The notes beneath the pieces were generated by a model. The model made no database searches, was not told where the DNA came from, and saw nothing but the letters and a program-made list of their open reading frames with translations. Position numbers and translations under genes: made by a program. From positions 7,316 to 71,315 of the forward strand of contig VMTK01000018.1 of assembly GCA_013791585.1 (NCBI GenBank): a stretch of 64,000 nt of DNA, read 5' to 3'. This document shows, piece after piece, positions 24,861-35,500 of the stretch; position 1 is the first letter of the stretch, and each line of letters starts with the position of its first letter. The DNA is from Candidatus Falkowbacteria bacterium (GTDB lineage: Bacteria > Patescibacteriota > Patescibacteriia > Patescibacteriales > VMTK01).

Positions 24861-25952
24861 ATGTTATGCGTTATGCGATATAAATTTATGTTCAACCAAT
24901 TCATCATCAACAATCCATTTTTGCAAATTGAAATTTTTAATAATACGGCATTTGTTTGGCTAAAGGCGATTGCTGTTTTTTTTATTGTCTTGTTGATTTT
25001 AAAACTTTTCCAATCAATTTTGATTGTCCGGCTCAAAAAAACATTTGCCAAAACCAAAACCCGGATTGATGATTTGGTCATCAATGCAATAGACGCGATT
25101 TATTGGCCGTTTTATGTTTTTGCTTCCCTGTATATCGCTATGCAGTTTATCGTTGCTCCGGAAATTATCAGCAAGTGGTCTTTTTATGTTTTTATGGTTG
25201 TTGTCGCCTACTACGCGATCAAATTTTTAGCAGAATTGATTGATTTTGGCGCCAAAATGATTATTAAGAAAAAAGGCGGAGAGCAGGATGTTGAAATAAT
25301 CAAACTAATAAGTTCGGTGGCAAAGGTTTTATTATGGCTGGGCGCGGCTGTTTTAGTCCTCGCCAACATGGGCTATAATGTGACTTCGTTAATAACCGGC
25401 TTGGGCATCGGCGGAATTGCTATTGCTTTGGCTTTGCAGAATATTCTGGGGGATTTGTTCAGCTCTTTGGCTATATATTTTGACAAGCCGTTCAAGGTCG
25501 GGGACTTTATTGTCCTGGGAGACAAGATGGGCTCGGTGAAAAAAATAGGCATCAAGACAACCAGAATCCAGACTCCGCAAGGCGAGGAGCTGGTGGTGCC
25601 GAACAGCGAATTAACAAAATCGCAAATTCAAAATTTTGGCGTGATGGAGCGTCGGCGCAATCTCCAGCTTATCGGCGTAACTTATAATACTCCGGCGGAG
25701 AAGCTAAAGCGCATCCCGGATATTATTAAAACAGCTATAGAAAACACAGGCAATCTGGAATTTGACCGCGTTAATTTTAAATCGTTTGGGGATTCCAGTT
25801 TGGTTTTTGAATCTGTTTATTATGTGCTGTCCGGCGATTACAAGGAATTTATGGATATGCAGGAAAAGGTTAATCTGGCTATTGTTGAGAAGTTTGAACA
25901 GGAGAATATTGAGATTGCTTATCCTACGCAGACGGTTTATTTGAAGAAGTAA
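24861..25952 (+). CDS. MscS-family mechanosensitive channel
   Basis: TM segments, then FKVGDFIVLGDKMGSVKKIGIKTTRIQTPQGEELVVPNSEL; the true start may be a downstream Met. Confidence 0.85.
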   Translation: MLCVMRYKFMFNQFIINNPFLQIEIFNNTAFVWLKAIAVFFIVLLILKLFQSILIVRLKKTFAKTKTRIDDLVINAIDAIYWPFYVFASLYIAMQFIVAPEIISKWSFYVFMVVVAYYAIKFLAELIDFGAKMIIKKKGGEQDVEIIKLISSVAKVLLWLGAAVLVLANMGYNVTSLITGLGIGGIAIALALQNILGDLFSSLAIYFDKPFKVGDFIVLGDKMGSVKKIGIKTTRIQTPQGEELVVPNSELTKSQIQNFGVMERRRNLQLIGVTYNTPAEKLKRIPDIIKTAIENTGNLEFDRVNFKSFGDSSLVFESVYYVLSGDYKEFMDMQEKVNLAIVEKFEQENIEIAYPTQTVYLKK

Positions 25953-26000
25953 TAGGCGGTAATTTGAAATTAGAAATTAGAAATTTGGTTTTTGAGATAT

Positions 26001-26043
26001 AAAAAACCGCTCCGAGATGTGTGAACTGGGAGCGGTTTTTGGT
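26001..26043. terminator. bidirectional hairpin terminator (A6 CCGCTCC .. GGAGCGG T5)
   Basis: Read directly downstream of the MscS gene. Confidence 0.7.
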
Positions 26044-26056
26044 TTATGCGTAAAAT

Positions 26057-26112
26057 CAGGGTGTTTTTTGTATGTTAAAACTCGGTTATTTTGGTGCAAA
26101 TCAGCCGAGTTG
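26057..26112. repeat. 56-nt module CAGGGTGTTTTTTGTATGTTAAAAC + hairpin with loop TTTGGTGCAAA, copy 1
   Basis: Second copy at 57087-57142 has a different but still complementary stem. Confidence 0.7.
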
Positions 26113-26152
26113 CGCTATGGTTTATGGAAGGCGTTTAATGTCTTGTTTGGAT

Positions 26153-26180
26153 TGAAAAATTTTAGGGGAAATGGTAGAGT
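26153..26180 (+). promoter_or_regulatory. shared promoter TTGAAA-16-(TGg)TAGAGT, copy A
   Basis: TTGAAAAATTTTAGGGGAAATGGTAGAGT; near-identical copies at 31241 and 58009. Confidence 0.55.
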
Positions 26181-26207
26181 GGAGGTAATCATCTAATTAA
26201 CAAAATT

Positions 26208-27311
26208 ATGGCAAACAGCAATCTTACAAACGCAAAAAGAGCGAAGAACGACGAGTTTTATACTCAGTATGGCGATATTCAAAAAGAGATTGGAGCGTAT
26301 TTGGAATACAACGGAGATGTATTTCGCGGCAAAGTGGTGTATTGCAACTGCGACGATCCGTTTGAGAGCAATTTCTTTCGCTATTTCGCGCTTAATTTCA
26401 ACAAGATTGGATTAAAACAGCTGATCACCACCAGCTATAAACCCTCGCCCGTAGCCAACACGCAATTGAGTTTGTTCGGCGATGATAAAACTCTCACACG
26501 AAATCACCTGTGCGCCTCTGGCGCAAAAGGCCGTCCAAAGGTAACCGCCAACAAATTTATTATCAACGAGGCGCGCGACATAGACGGCGACGGAGAGTTC
26601 AATTTGAAGGACATTGCCAAGCAGTTAAAAGCGAACAAAAACAATGAATGGACGCCGTTAGAAAATGACGGCGATTTCCGCAGTGATGAATGTATAAAAT
26701 TACTTAAGCAATCCGACATCGTGATTACCAATCCTCCGTTCAGTTTGTTTCGCGAATATGTTAAGCAACTTTTTGATTACAATAAAAAGTTCGTCATTAT
26801 CGGCAGTATGAACGCGATTACTTACAAAGAAATATTTCCACTGATTAAAAATAATAAGATGTGGCTGGGAAATGGTTTTCGCGCCGGCAACGCATATTTT
26901 TTTACGCCAAACGCAAGGGAATACGCCAGCGGCGTACTTGATGACAAAACAGGGCTTGTCAAATTTCGTAATTGCCATTGGTTCACCAACCTTGACCACG
27001 GCCGTCGCCATCAATCATTGCAATTAATGACAATGAAAAATAATTTGAAATACAGCAAGCACAAAGAAATTCAAGGCAAAAAAGCGTATGATAAATACGA
27101 TAATTACAATGCCATAGAAGTGCCGTTTACCGATTCTATCCCGAGCGATTATGACGGCGTGATGGGCGTGCCGATTAGTTTTTTGGATAAATATTGTCCG
27201 GAGCAGTTTGAGATTGTAAAATTTAGACACGGAAACGATGATAAGGATTTGAGATTAAAAGATGGAAAATGTCCGTATTTTAGAGTTTTAATTAAACATA
27301 AGAAGAAATAA
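26208..27311 (+). CDS. N6-adenine DNA methyltransferase, EcoRI-methylase-like family
   Basis: KNDEFYTQYGDIQKEI..VYCNCDDPFESNFFRYF N-terminus and the TNPPF catalytic motif. Confidence 0.75.
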   Translation: MANSNLTNAKRAKNDEFYTQYGDIQKEIGAYLEYNGDVFRGKVVYCNCDDPFESNFFRYFALNFNKIGLKQLITTSYKPSPVANTQLSLFGDDKTLTRNHLCASGAKGRPKVTANKFIINEARDIDGDGEFNLKDIAKQLKANKNNEWTPLENDGDFRSDECIKLLKQSDIVITNPPFSLFREYVKQLFDYNKKFVIIGSMNAITYKEIFPLIKNNKMWLGNGFRAGNAYFFTPNAREYASGVLDDKTGLVKFRNCHWFTNLDHGRRHQSLQLMTMKNNLKYSKHKEIQGKKAYDKYDNYNAIEVPFTDSIPSDYDGVMGVPISFLDKYCPEQFEIVKFRHGNDDKDLRLKDGKCPYFRVLIKHKKK

Positions 27312-27316
27312 TTTTT

Positions 27317-27805
27317 ATGAATAAATATCTCTTCCAGCGAACTGCTAAATATTGGAATGATTGGGCTTGTCAGTCAGTTAAACTAGTTAAAGATTTTCTA
27401 GTGAGCGACATTACCGAAGACGAACCCCGTTTCAGGTCATATTATATTTTACTTTCATACGCTTTTGAATTGATGCTTAAATCTAGATTGGTAATGGTTA
27501 CTAACATTTCCGAAGATGAACTCATCAAAATATACGGACACGATGTCAAAAAAATATTACAGAAGTTGAAAGATTTAAACGAATTAAAAAATATAGGGAT
27601 TAAGGATTTACCCGAAGTAATAAAGCAATATATCTATAAAATCGAAACAACCGATAGTAAAATATTCTATATCTATGATTTCACCAATATCAGGTATTAT
27701 CCCAAAGAAGACAAAGATTCTTGGGAAACAGCAAATATCATTCTTTGTACGGCTGATATAATGTTAAGCATTTCAAATAAAATTCGTGCAATTGAAGTAA
27801 AATAA
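27317..27805 (+). CDS. hypothetical helical protein coupled to the methylase
   Basis: 5-nt gap after the methylase; YAFELMLKSRL...YGHDVKKILQKL is loosely HEPN-like, but no Rx4-6H motif. Confidence 0.5.
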   Translation: MNKYLFQRTAKYWNDWACQSVKLVKDFLVSDITEDEPRFRSYYILLSYAFELMLKSRLVMVTNISEDELIKIYGHDVKKILQKLKDLNELKNIGIKDLPEVIKQYIYKIETTDSKIFYIYDFTNIRYYPKEDKDSWETANIILCTADIMLSISNKIRAIEVK

Positions 27806-27837
27806 AATAACATGACAAGTTGCATTAAAATAAAAAT

Positions 27838-28734
27838 ATGAACGATTTAATAAACATAAAAGTTATCCAAAAAGATTTTAATGGTGAAAAGAAAAGGTTT
27901 GTTAATGCGCGCGAATTGCACAACTGGCTTAAAGTCGGCAGAGATTTTTCCACTTGGATAAAAGACAGGATAGAAAAATATGATTTTACAGAAAATTTGG
28001 ATTATTTTATAGCCTTCCCCCAATTTGGGGATGGACTAAAACCCAATAAAACAGGGAGAATTGTGGATTCTAAAAAAGGAACTATTTTACCAAAAGAATA
28101 CATTTTATCAGTGGATATGGCCAAAGAATTGGCTATGATTGAAAATAGCGAAATCGGCAAGCAAGTAAGAAAATATTTTATCCGAGTAGAGGGCGAATTT
28201 AAAAAAGTCATGCGGATCGCCACCATGGATCCCAAAACGATCAATCAATTGACTGAACAATTTTGGGAAACCAGAAATGAAACCAAAGAATACCGCCGAG
28301 ATTTTACTGACTGCATCAAAGATTTTGTGGCTGTTAAAAATTATGGAACTTATACCGATATGTTCTATAAATTTTTATTTTTGGAAAGAGCTAAAGAATA
28401 CAGAAAACTTTTAAGATTGATTAAAAAAGATTTTACCCGCAATTATATGTATGAGGAAATTTTATTGATTATCGGCGCGTTTGAAACAGGATTAGCAGGC
28501 GAGGTTGAAAAAGAATTTAAAAAATTGAAAAGACATCTAACCCAAAAAGAATTTGAAAAAATATTTAAAGAATTTTCGTCGCAGAGAAATTGGAAAGTTT
28601 ACCAAAAACGCGCCAGAAATATTATGGCTACTTATGATGAGGAATTAAGAAATATCAAGCATCCGAAATTGATTGATTATAAAAAGGAATTTAGCCAGGA
28701 AGACATTCAAAAATTAATTGGCAAGGAAAAATAA
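27838..28734 (+). CDS. AntA/AntB-type phage antirepressor-like protein
   Basis: RFVNARELHNWLKVGRDFSTWIKDRIEKYDFTENLDY. Confidence 0.65.
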   Translation: MNDLINIKVIQKDFNGEKKRFVNARELHNWLKVGRDFSTWIKDRIEKYDFTENLDYFIAFPQFGDGLKPNKTGRIVDSKKGTILPKEYILSVDMAKELAMIENSEIGKQVRKYFIRVEGEFKKVMRIATMDPKTINQLTEQFWETRNETKEYRRDFTDCIKDFVAVKNYGTYTDMFYKFLFLERAKEYRKLLRLIKKDFTRNYMYEEILLIIGAFETGLAGEVEKEFKKLKRHLTQKEFEKIFKEFSSQRNWKVYQKRARNIMATYDEELRNIKHPKLIDYKKEFSQEDIQKLIGKEK

Positions 28735-28833
28735 TATGAAAATTAAAATGCGTTTAGTTTATATCTCGCTTGCCAATATAAACAAAATAGCCCAAAACGT
28801 TTACATTACTAAGACCAATATAAACTAAAATAT

Positions 28834-29649
28834 ATGAAAGAAAATCAATTCGAAAAGATAAAGAGATTAGACGAAAACGGTAAAGAGTACTGGTCGTCTC
28901 GGGAACTTGCCAAAGAGCTTGATTATGTTGATTACCGTAATTTTTTGACCGCAGTTAATAAGGCTAAAACTGCTTGTGAAAATAGCGGCGAAGTTATCCA
29001 CAACCATTTCGTTGACGCCAACGAGATGGTTCAAATTGGCTCTGGAGCGGAAAAACCGCTGGAAACCATATATCTCTCGCGATATGCCTGCTATCTGATA
29101 GTCCAAAACTCTAACCCGACAAAAGTTGTTGTGGCAAAAGGACAAACATATTTTGCGATTCAAACTCGTCGACAGGAAAAGACAGATAATCTAATTGAAG
29201 ATCACAACCGCGTTTTCTTGCGTGAGGAAATGAAGAAGCACAATATAAACTTGATGCATACTGCTTCCGAGGCTGGAGTCGAAAGTTATGCAATTTTTCA
29301 AAATTATGGTTATAAAGGGCTGTATGGCGGATTAACAATGCAAGATATTCATGCAAAAAAGAAGTTAAAGAAACCGCAAAAAATTCTTGACCATATGAAT
29401 AGCGAAGAGCTAGCGGCCAATCTATTCCGCGCCACTCAAACAGATGCAAAGATAAAACGTGAAAATATAAAAGGGCAGGGAAATGCAAACCTTGCGCATT
29501 ATGAAGTTGGCCAAAAAGTTCGAAATACAATCACGGCTTTAGGTGGAACTATGCCAGAAAAACTTCCAACCCCAGATGCTATTGGAAAAGCGCAAACGAG
29601 AATAAAGAAATCAAAAAATAAGAAATTATTAGGTGGAAATAAAAAATAA
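28834..29649 (+). CDS. DNA damage-inducible protein D (DinD)-like
   Basis: FEKIKRLDENGKEYWSSRELAKELDYVDYRNFLTAVNKAKTACENSG..HFVD. Confidence 0.65.
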   Translation: MKENQFEKIKRLDENGKEYWSSRELAKELDYVDYRNFLTAVNKAKTACENSGEVIHNHFVDANEMVQIGSGAEKPLETIYLSRYACYLIVQNSNPTKVVVAKGQTYFAIQTRRQEKTDNLIEDHNRVFLREEMKKHNINLMHTASEAGVESYAIFQNYGYKGLYGGLTMQDIHAKKKLKKPQKILDHMNSEELAANLFRATQTDAKIKRENIKGQGNANLAHYEVGQKVRNTITALGGTMPEKLPTPDAIGKAQTRIKKSKNKKLLGGNKK

Positions 29650-29793
29650 TTATGGCAAAAATAAAACATCCAATTAAAGAATTTTGGGAATCAGACAAAA
29701 AATCTAATTATCTTGAAGTATCAAAAACAAAAGATAGTTCGGTAAAGATAGTGAAATTTATAAAACCAAAATCGAAAAACAAGAAAAAATAAT

Positions 29794-30960
29794 ATGAAAA
29801 CAATTTTAAAAACCGACATCACTGTTAAAGATATTTGCGAGGGGTTCGTCTATAACGAACTGGAAGGCAAGGGTTTGTTTGGCTTGTCCGGCAAGTTGAC
29901 TATTCAGCCGGAGTATCAGCGAAATTACATCTATGCGTCTGACGGCGGAAAAAGAGAGATGGCTGTTATTGAATCACTGCTTAAAGATTACCCGATAGGT
30001 TTGATTTATTTTAATAAGGTTTCTGAAAATAATTTGGAAGTTTTGGACGGACAGCAGCGCATCACCAGTGTTGGGCGTTTTGTGACTGACAAATTTGCAA
30101 TAAAAGATGAAAACGGGATGCAATATTTTGGCGGCATGGCAAAAGACAAGAAAGCCAAGATTTTGGAAACAAAACTGCTCATTTATGAATGCGAAGGCAC
30201 GGAAAGCCAGATAAAAGAGTGGTTTAAGACGATTAATATTGCCGGAGTTCCGCTCGTCTCCCAAGAATTGTTAAATGCGATCTATTCCGGACCATTCGTT
30301 ACTCTGGGCAAAGAAGAGTTCAGCAACAGCCAAAATGCCAATATTCAAAAATGGAGCGCGTATGTAAAGGGCAGCGCAAACCGACAGGCATTTTTTGAGA
30401 GGGCTTTAGACTGGGCGAGTAAAGGAAATATTGATGATTATATGAGCATTCATCGCCACGACAAAAATATCAATGAGTTAAAAAAATATTTCAACAGCGT
30501 GATTGACTGGGTTTCCGGTGTATTTATTGATGTAGAAAGCGAGATGCGCGGACTTGAGTGGGGACGAATGTATGAGCAGTATCACAAGAAAGCATATAAC
30601 CCTGCAAAAGTGTCGGCAGAAGCTCAAAAACTCTACGGCGATCCTTATATTAAAAATCGCAAGGGCATCTTTGAGTATATTCTCGGCGGCTCCATTGACA
30701 CAAAATTGCTTGAAGTTCGCGTTTTTGATGACGCGACCAAAAAAGCAGTTTATGCAGCGCAAACTGCCAAAGCAAAGAAAAAAGGCAAGTCAAATTGCCC
30801 GCATTGCGCTATTGGACACGACGCAAACAAAGAGAAAATTTGGAGTTTAAGCGATATGGACGCCGACCATGTTGCGGCTTGGAGCAAGGGCGGCGCGACT
30901 TCGGCAAAGAATTGTCAGATGCTTTGCAAGACGCATAATAGGGCAAAGGGAAATCGTTAA
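29794..30960 (+). CDS. DUF262 (GmrSD N-terminal-like) + C-terminal HNH nuclease
   Basis: [12 protein letters not shown] (DGQQR) and [32 protein letters not shown] (HNH). Confidence 0.8.
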   Translation: MKTILKTDITVKDICEGFVYNELEGKGLFGLSGKLTIQPEYQRNYIYASDGGKREMAVIESLLKDYPIGLIYFNKVSENNLEVLDGQQRITSVGRFVTDKFAIKDENGMQYFGGMAKDKKAKILETKLLIYECEGTESQIKEWFKTINIAGVPLVSQELLNAIYSGPFVTLGKEEFSNSQNANIQKWSAYVKGSANRQAFFERALDWASKGNIDDYMSIHRHDKNINELKKYFNSVIDWVSGVFIDVESEMRGLEWGRMYEQYHKKAYNPAKVSAEAQKLYGDPYIKNRKGIFEYILGGSIDTKLLEVRVFDDATKKAVYAAQTAKAKKKGKSNCPHCAIGHDANKEKIWSLSDMDADHVAAWSKGGATSAKNCQMLCKTHNRAKGNR

Positions 30961-31240
30961 AATACTAAAAGCGTAAAAATGAAAACTTAATGGTCATTTT
31001 GTTTCAGTTTACCTCAAACATATTCGCGCAATGCGACAAATTGATTTTGAAAAAATTTGGAAAAATAAAGATGGAGACTTAGAATTATTAGAAAATAAAT
31101 TGTATAAAATGAAGAAAAAATAATGAGTTTATGGGCAAGTGGCAACTCACCTCCTTAGTTTTTCTATGTTTAATAAATAAAAATTAAAATACATCAAAAA
31201 AAATACCCTAATCTCAGGGTGTTTTTATTTTTGCCACGCA

Positions 31241-31269
31241 TTGAAAAATTTTAGGGAAAATGGTAGAGT
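31241..31269 (+). promoter_or_regulatory. shared promoter, copy B (upstream of tyrS)
   Basis: TTGAAAAATTTTAGGGAAAATGGTAGAGT. Confidence 0.55.
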
Positions 31270-31304
31270 ATAGGCAGGAGATTATTAAAATAACATATAT
31301 CATT

Positions 31305-32513
31305 ATGCCAAAAATCATAACGGACAAGAATAAAATCAAGGAATTATTAACAAGGGGGGTTGTTGATGTTATTGTTAAAAAAAGTTTGGAGAAAAAGCTG
31401 ATGAGCGGCAAGCAGTTGAGGATAAAGCACGGCGTTGATCCCACAGGGCCTAAAATTCATCTTGGCAGGGCTTCCACTTTGCGCAAGCTGGCAAAATTTC
31501 AGGAGCTTGGCCATAAGGTGGTTTTAATTATAGGCGACTTTACAGCTTTAATCGGGGATGCGTCTGATAAAGATGAAGAGCGGACAATGCTTACTCGCGC
31601 GCAAGTCAAAGAAAACATGAAAGGGTATCTTAAGCAAATGGGGAATATTTTTAATATAGAAAAGGCGGAAATTCATTATAACAGCGAATGGCTGAGCAAA
31701 CTGAATTATTATGATATATGCAGACAGGCAAACGCTTTTTCAGCCGCGCAGATATTGGATAGGGATAATTTTTCAAAGCGCTTTAAAGCAGGCGAGAGGA
31801 TTTCTTTGCGTGAAATGTTTTATCCTTTAATGCAGGGCTATGACAGCGTCGCGATAAAATCCGACATTGAAATAGGAGGAAGCGACCAGTTGTTTAATGT
31901 TTTGGCAGGCAGGGAATTGCAGCGGCTGTATAAGCAGGAGCCGCAGGATATTATTACTTTTAAATTAATGGATGGCATTGACGGAAGGAAAATGAGCACG
32001 AGCTGGGGCAATGTTATCTGCGTTGTTGAAGATCCAAAAGATATTTACGGCAAGATTATGTCAATGCGCGATGAAATTATCGCGCAATATTTTGAATTAG
32101 CCACGGATATTTTTTTAAGCGAAATTAAAAAGTATGAGCAAGAAATGAAAGCTAACAAAATCAATCCCCGTGATTTAAAAATGAAATTGGCGCGTGAAAT
32201 TGTAAGAATTTACCATGGCGATAAAAAAGCGAAACAAGCGGAAGAGCATTTTATCAAAACAGTTCAGAAAAAAGAAGCGCCGGACGAAGTAAGAAGTAAG
32301 AAGTTAGAAGTAAGAAGTATGAATATAATTAATTTACTAATGGAAGTAAAATTAGTCGGCAGCAAAGGAGAAGCAAGGCGTTTAATAGCGCAGAACGGAA
32401 TTAAAGTTGACGGTAAAATAGTTGAAGATGCTAACAGGGAAATTAAAATAAGCAAAAAAGAAATGTTATTGCAAAGAGGCAAGAGGCAATTTGTTAAAGT
32501 AATTGGAAATTAG
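31305..32513 (+). CDS. tyrS: tyrosyl-tRNA synthetase (start taken at MPKIITDK)
   Basis: HGVDPTGPKIHLGRA, KMSTSWGN, C-terminal S4-like RRLIAQNGIKVDG; the -10 box lies inside the longer ORF-track start; in-frame 7-nt repeat at 32286-32320. Confidence 0.85.
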   Translation: MPKIITDKNKIKELLTRGVVDVIVKKSLEKKLMSGKQLRIKHGVDPTGPKIHLGRASTLRKLAKFQELGHKVVLIIGDFTALIGDASDKDEERTMLTRAQVKENMKGYLKQMGNIFNIEKAEIHYNSEWLSKLNYYDICRQANAFSAAQILDRDNFSKRFKAGERISLREMFYPLMQGYDSVAIKSDIEIGGSDQLFNVLAGRELQRLYKQEPQDIITFKLMDGIDGRKMSTSWGNVICVVEDPKDIYGKIMSMRDEIIAQYFELATDIFLSEIKKYEQEMKANKINPRDLKMKLAREIVRIYHGDKKAKQAEEHFIKTVQKKEAPDEVRSKKLEVRSMNIINLLMEVKLVGSKGEARRLIAQNGIKVDGKIVEDANREIKISKKEMLLQRGKRQFVKVIGN

Positions 32514-32561
32514 AAATTGGCGATTTGGATATAAAATAGAATTTTATTTTTGCGTTTTTTT

Positions 32562-35500
32562 ATGAGCGGTTTAACGGAAAAATTAAATAAAGAACAATCG
32601 CAGGCCGTTACTCATAGAGAAGGGCCGCTTTTAATAGTGGCGGGCGCCGGGACAGGAAAAACCACTGTCATAACTCAGCGCATCGCTTATATCATAGAGC
32701 GGGGCTGGGCAAAATCAGATGAGATTTTGGCTTTAACTTTTACGGAAAAAGCAGCCGGCGAGATGGAGGAAAGAGTTGATCGGCTTCTGCCGATGGGTTA
32801 TCTGGATTTGTGGATTTCAACTTTTCACAGCTTTGGCGAACGGATTTTAAAAGAGCATGGGCTGGAGATCGGCTTGCCGGCTGATTTTAAATTGCTTAAT
32901 GAATTTGAGCAGTGGTCGCTGGTTAGAAAAAATTTGGATAAATTCAACTTGGATTATTACCGGCCAATGGGCAACCCGGCCAAGTTTATCCATGCTTTAA
33001 TCAAGCATTTTTCCCGCGCCAAAGATGAAGATATTTCGCCGGCGGATTACCTCCAATACGCGGAAGGGTTGAGGGAGAATTTGGACGGGATGTTGAGCGG
33101 AGCAATTACAAAAAACACAAAAACACAAAAACACAAAAACACAAAAACAAATATAGACGGAGAGAATAGTAAAGAAATTGCGGAGCAGGAAATTTTAAGG
33201 ATTAATGAGGTTGCGAACGCATATCATGTTTATCAGCAGTTATTATTGGACAACAGCGCTTTGGATTTTGGGGATTTGATAAATTATTCTTTGAAATTAT
33301 TCAGGGAGCGGCCGGCAGTGCTGGAAAAATACAGGAAGCAATTTAAATATATTTTGCTTGACGAATTTCAGGACACGAATTGGGCGCAGTATGAATTGAT
33401 AAAAATACTGGCTCAGCCAAGGAATAATTTGGCGGTTGTTGGAGACGATGATCAGAGCATTTATAAATTCCGCGGGGCGTCAATATCAAATATTCTGCAG
33501 TTTAAAAAAGATTTTCCAAAGTCCAAAGAGATTTTTTTGGTTAATAATTACCGCAACAAGCAGAATGTGCTGGATTTGTCTTATGAATTTATTAAATTAA
33601 ATAATCCAAATAGATTGGAATATCAGTTGAACACGAAAACACGAAAACACAAAAACACGGAAAACACGAAAACACTCGGCCTGCGGCCTCAAAACACAAA
33701 AACACTCAGCTTCGCCTCAAAACACGAAAACACGAAAACACGAAAACACGAAAACACTGAAACACATGAGTTAAATAAAAAGTTGTTGGCGCAGGGAAAG
33801 GGCGAGGGCGTGATTGAGGTGATTCAGGGAAGTGATTTGCAGGATGAGGTTGGCCGAGTGGTGGAAAAAATTGCCGATTTAAAAATTCAGAGCAAGAACT
33901 CCAGCTGGAATGATTTTGCCATATTGGTTCGGGCGAATGACAGCGCCAAGGATTTTTGCAACGCGCTGGAAATTGCCGGCTTGCCTTACCAATTTTTATC
34001 TTCCCGCGGGCTTTATGCCAAGCCGGTGATTATGGATTTGACGGCTTACTTGAAATTGCTTGACGACTATCATGAAAGCGCGGCTGTGTACAGAATTTTA
34101 AATTTGCCTGTTTTAGATTTTTCTTATCAGGAATTGGTTAATTTTAATTATATCGCCAGAAAAAAAGCTTGGTCGCTTTATACTGTTTTGCGCGATTCGC
34201 GCGGCAGATTAGGCAGCGCAATTCAGCAAAAGATTGATAGAATTTTATCTTTGATAGGCAAGCATACCGCTTTGGCAAGAGAGAAAAGCGTTAGTGAAAT
34301 TATTATAGCTTTTTTAAACGATAGCGGCTATTTAAAATATTTGACCTCACCCCCCGCCCCCTCTCCTTCGCATGTCCCTGGCTTGAACAGGGAAGAGGGG
34401 GAATATGAGCGGGAAAGCAGAGAGAACATGAATTTGCTTAACCAATTTATGAAAAGAATAAAAAAGTTTGAATCAGCAAGCGACGATAAAAGCGTTAAAG
34501 CGTTTTTGGCTGAACTGAATATGGAGATTGATTCCGGTGAGCAGGGCTCTTTGTCTCCGGATATTGAATCCGGTCCGGAAGCGATTAAGATTATGACAAT
34601 ACACGGATCTAAAGGCCTTGAATTCAAATATGTGTTTATCGCCAATATGGTTGACAAGCGGTTCCCGACAATAGAGCGTCAAGAGCAGATTTTGATTCCG
34701 GACGCTTTGATCAAGGAAATTCTGCCGGAAGGGGATATTCACCTTGAAGAAGAGCGCCGGCTTTTTTACGTGGCCATGACGCGGGCTAAAAATGACCTTT
34801 ATTTTTCCTGGGCGCCTGATTATGGAGGGGTTCGGAAAAAGAAACCTTCAAGGTTTTTGGCGGAATGCGGGTTGATTCACGAAAACACGAAAACACTAAA
34901 ACACTCGGCTTCGCCTCAAAACACGAAAACACTCGGCTTCGCCTCAAAACACGAAAACACAAAAACACGAAAACACGAAAACACGAAAACAGCAATATCA
35001 GATATTGGCGAGAGCGCAAAGCGCAAAGTACAAATTACTAAAACCGAAACGGAGATGCAAATTCCAAATTATTTTTCCTATACTCAGCTGGCGGCGTTTT
35101 CAAATTGTCCGTACCAATACCGCTTTGCGCATATTTTGCGGGTTCCGATGACAGGCAAGCCGGTTTTTTCATTCGGCAAAACCATGCACTCTGTTTTGCA
35201 GAAGACATTTGAGCTGGTTAATGAAAAGAAGGGATTGGGGCAGGGGGATTTGTTTTCCCTCACCCCCCAGCCCCCTCTCCCGGCTGGGAGAGGGGGAGGC
35301 GATTCCAGCTCCGCGCCTCGTCGCGCAGCCGCCTCTGCTAAACAGTATATGGGGAGTATTGAAAATAGTCCCCCCTCCTGTTTAGGAGGGGCAGGGGGAG
35401 GTATAAATATTAGCTTGGAAGAAATTTTGAAATTATACGAACAAAGCTGGATTGATGACTGGTATGAATCTGACAAGCAAAAGCAGGAATACAAAAAGAA

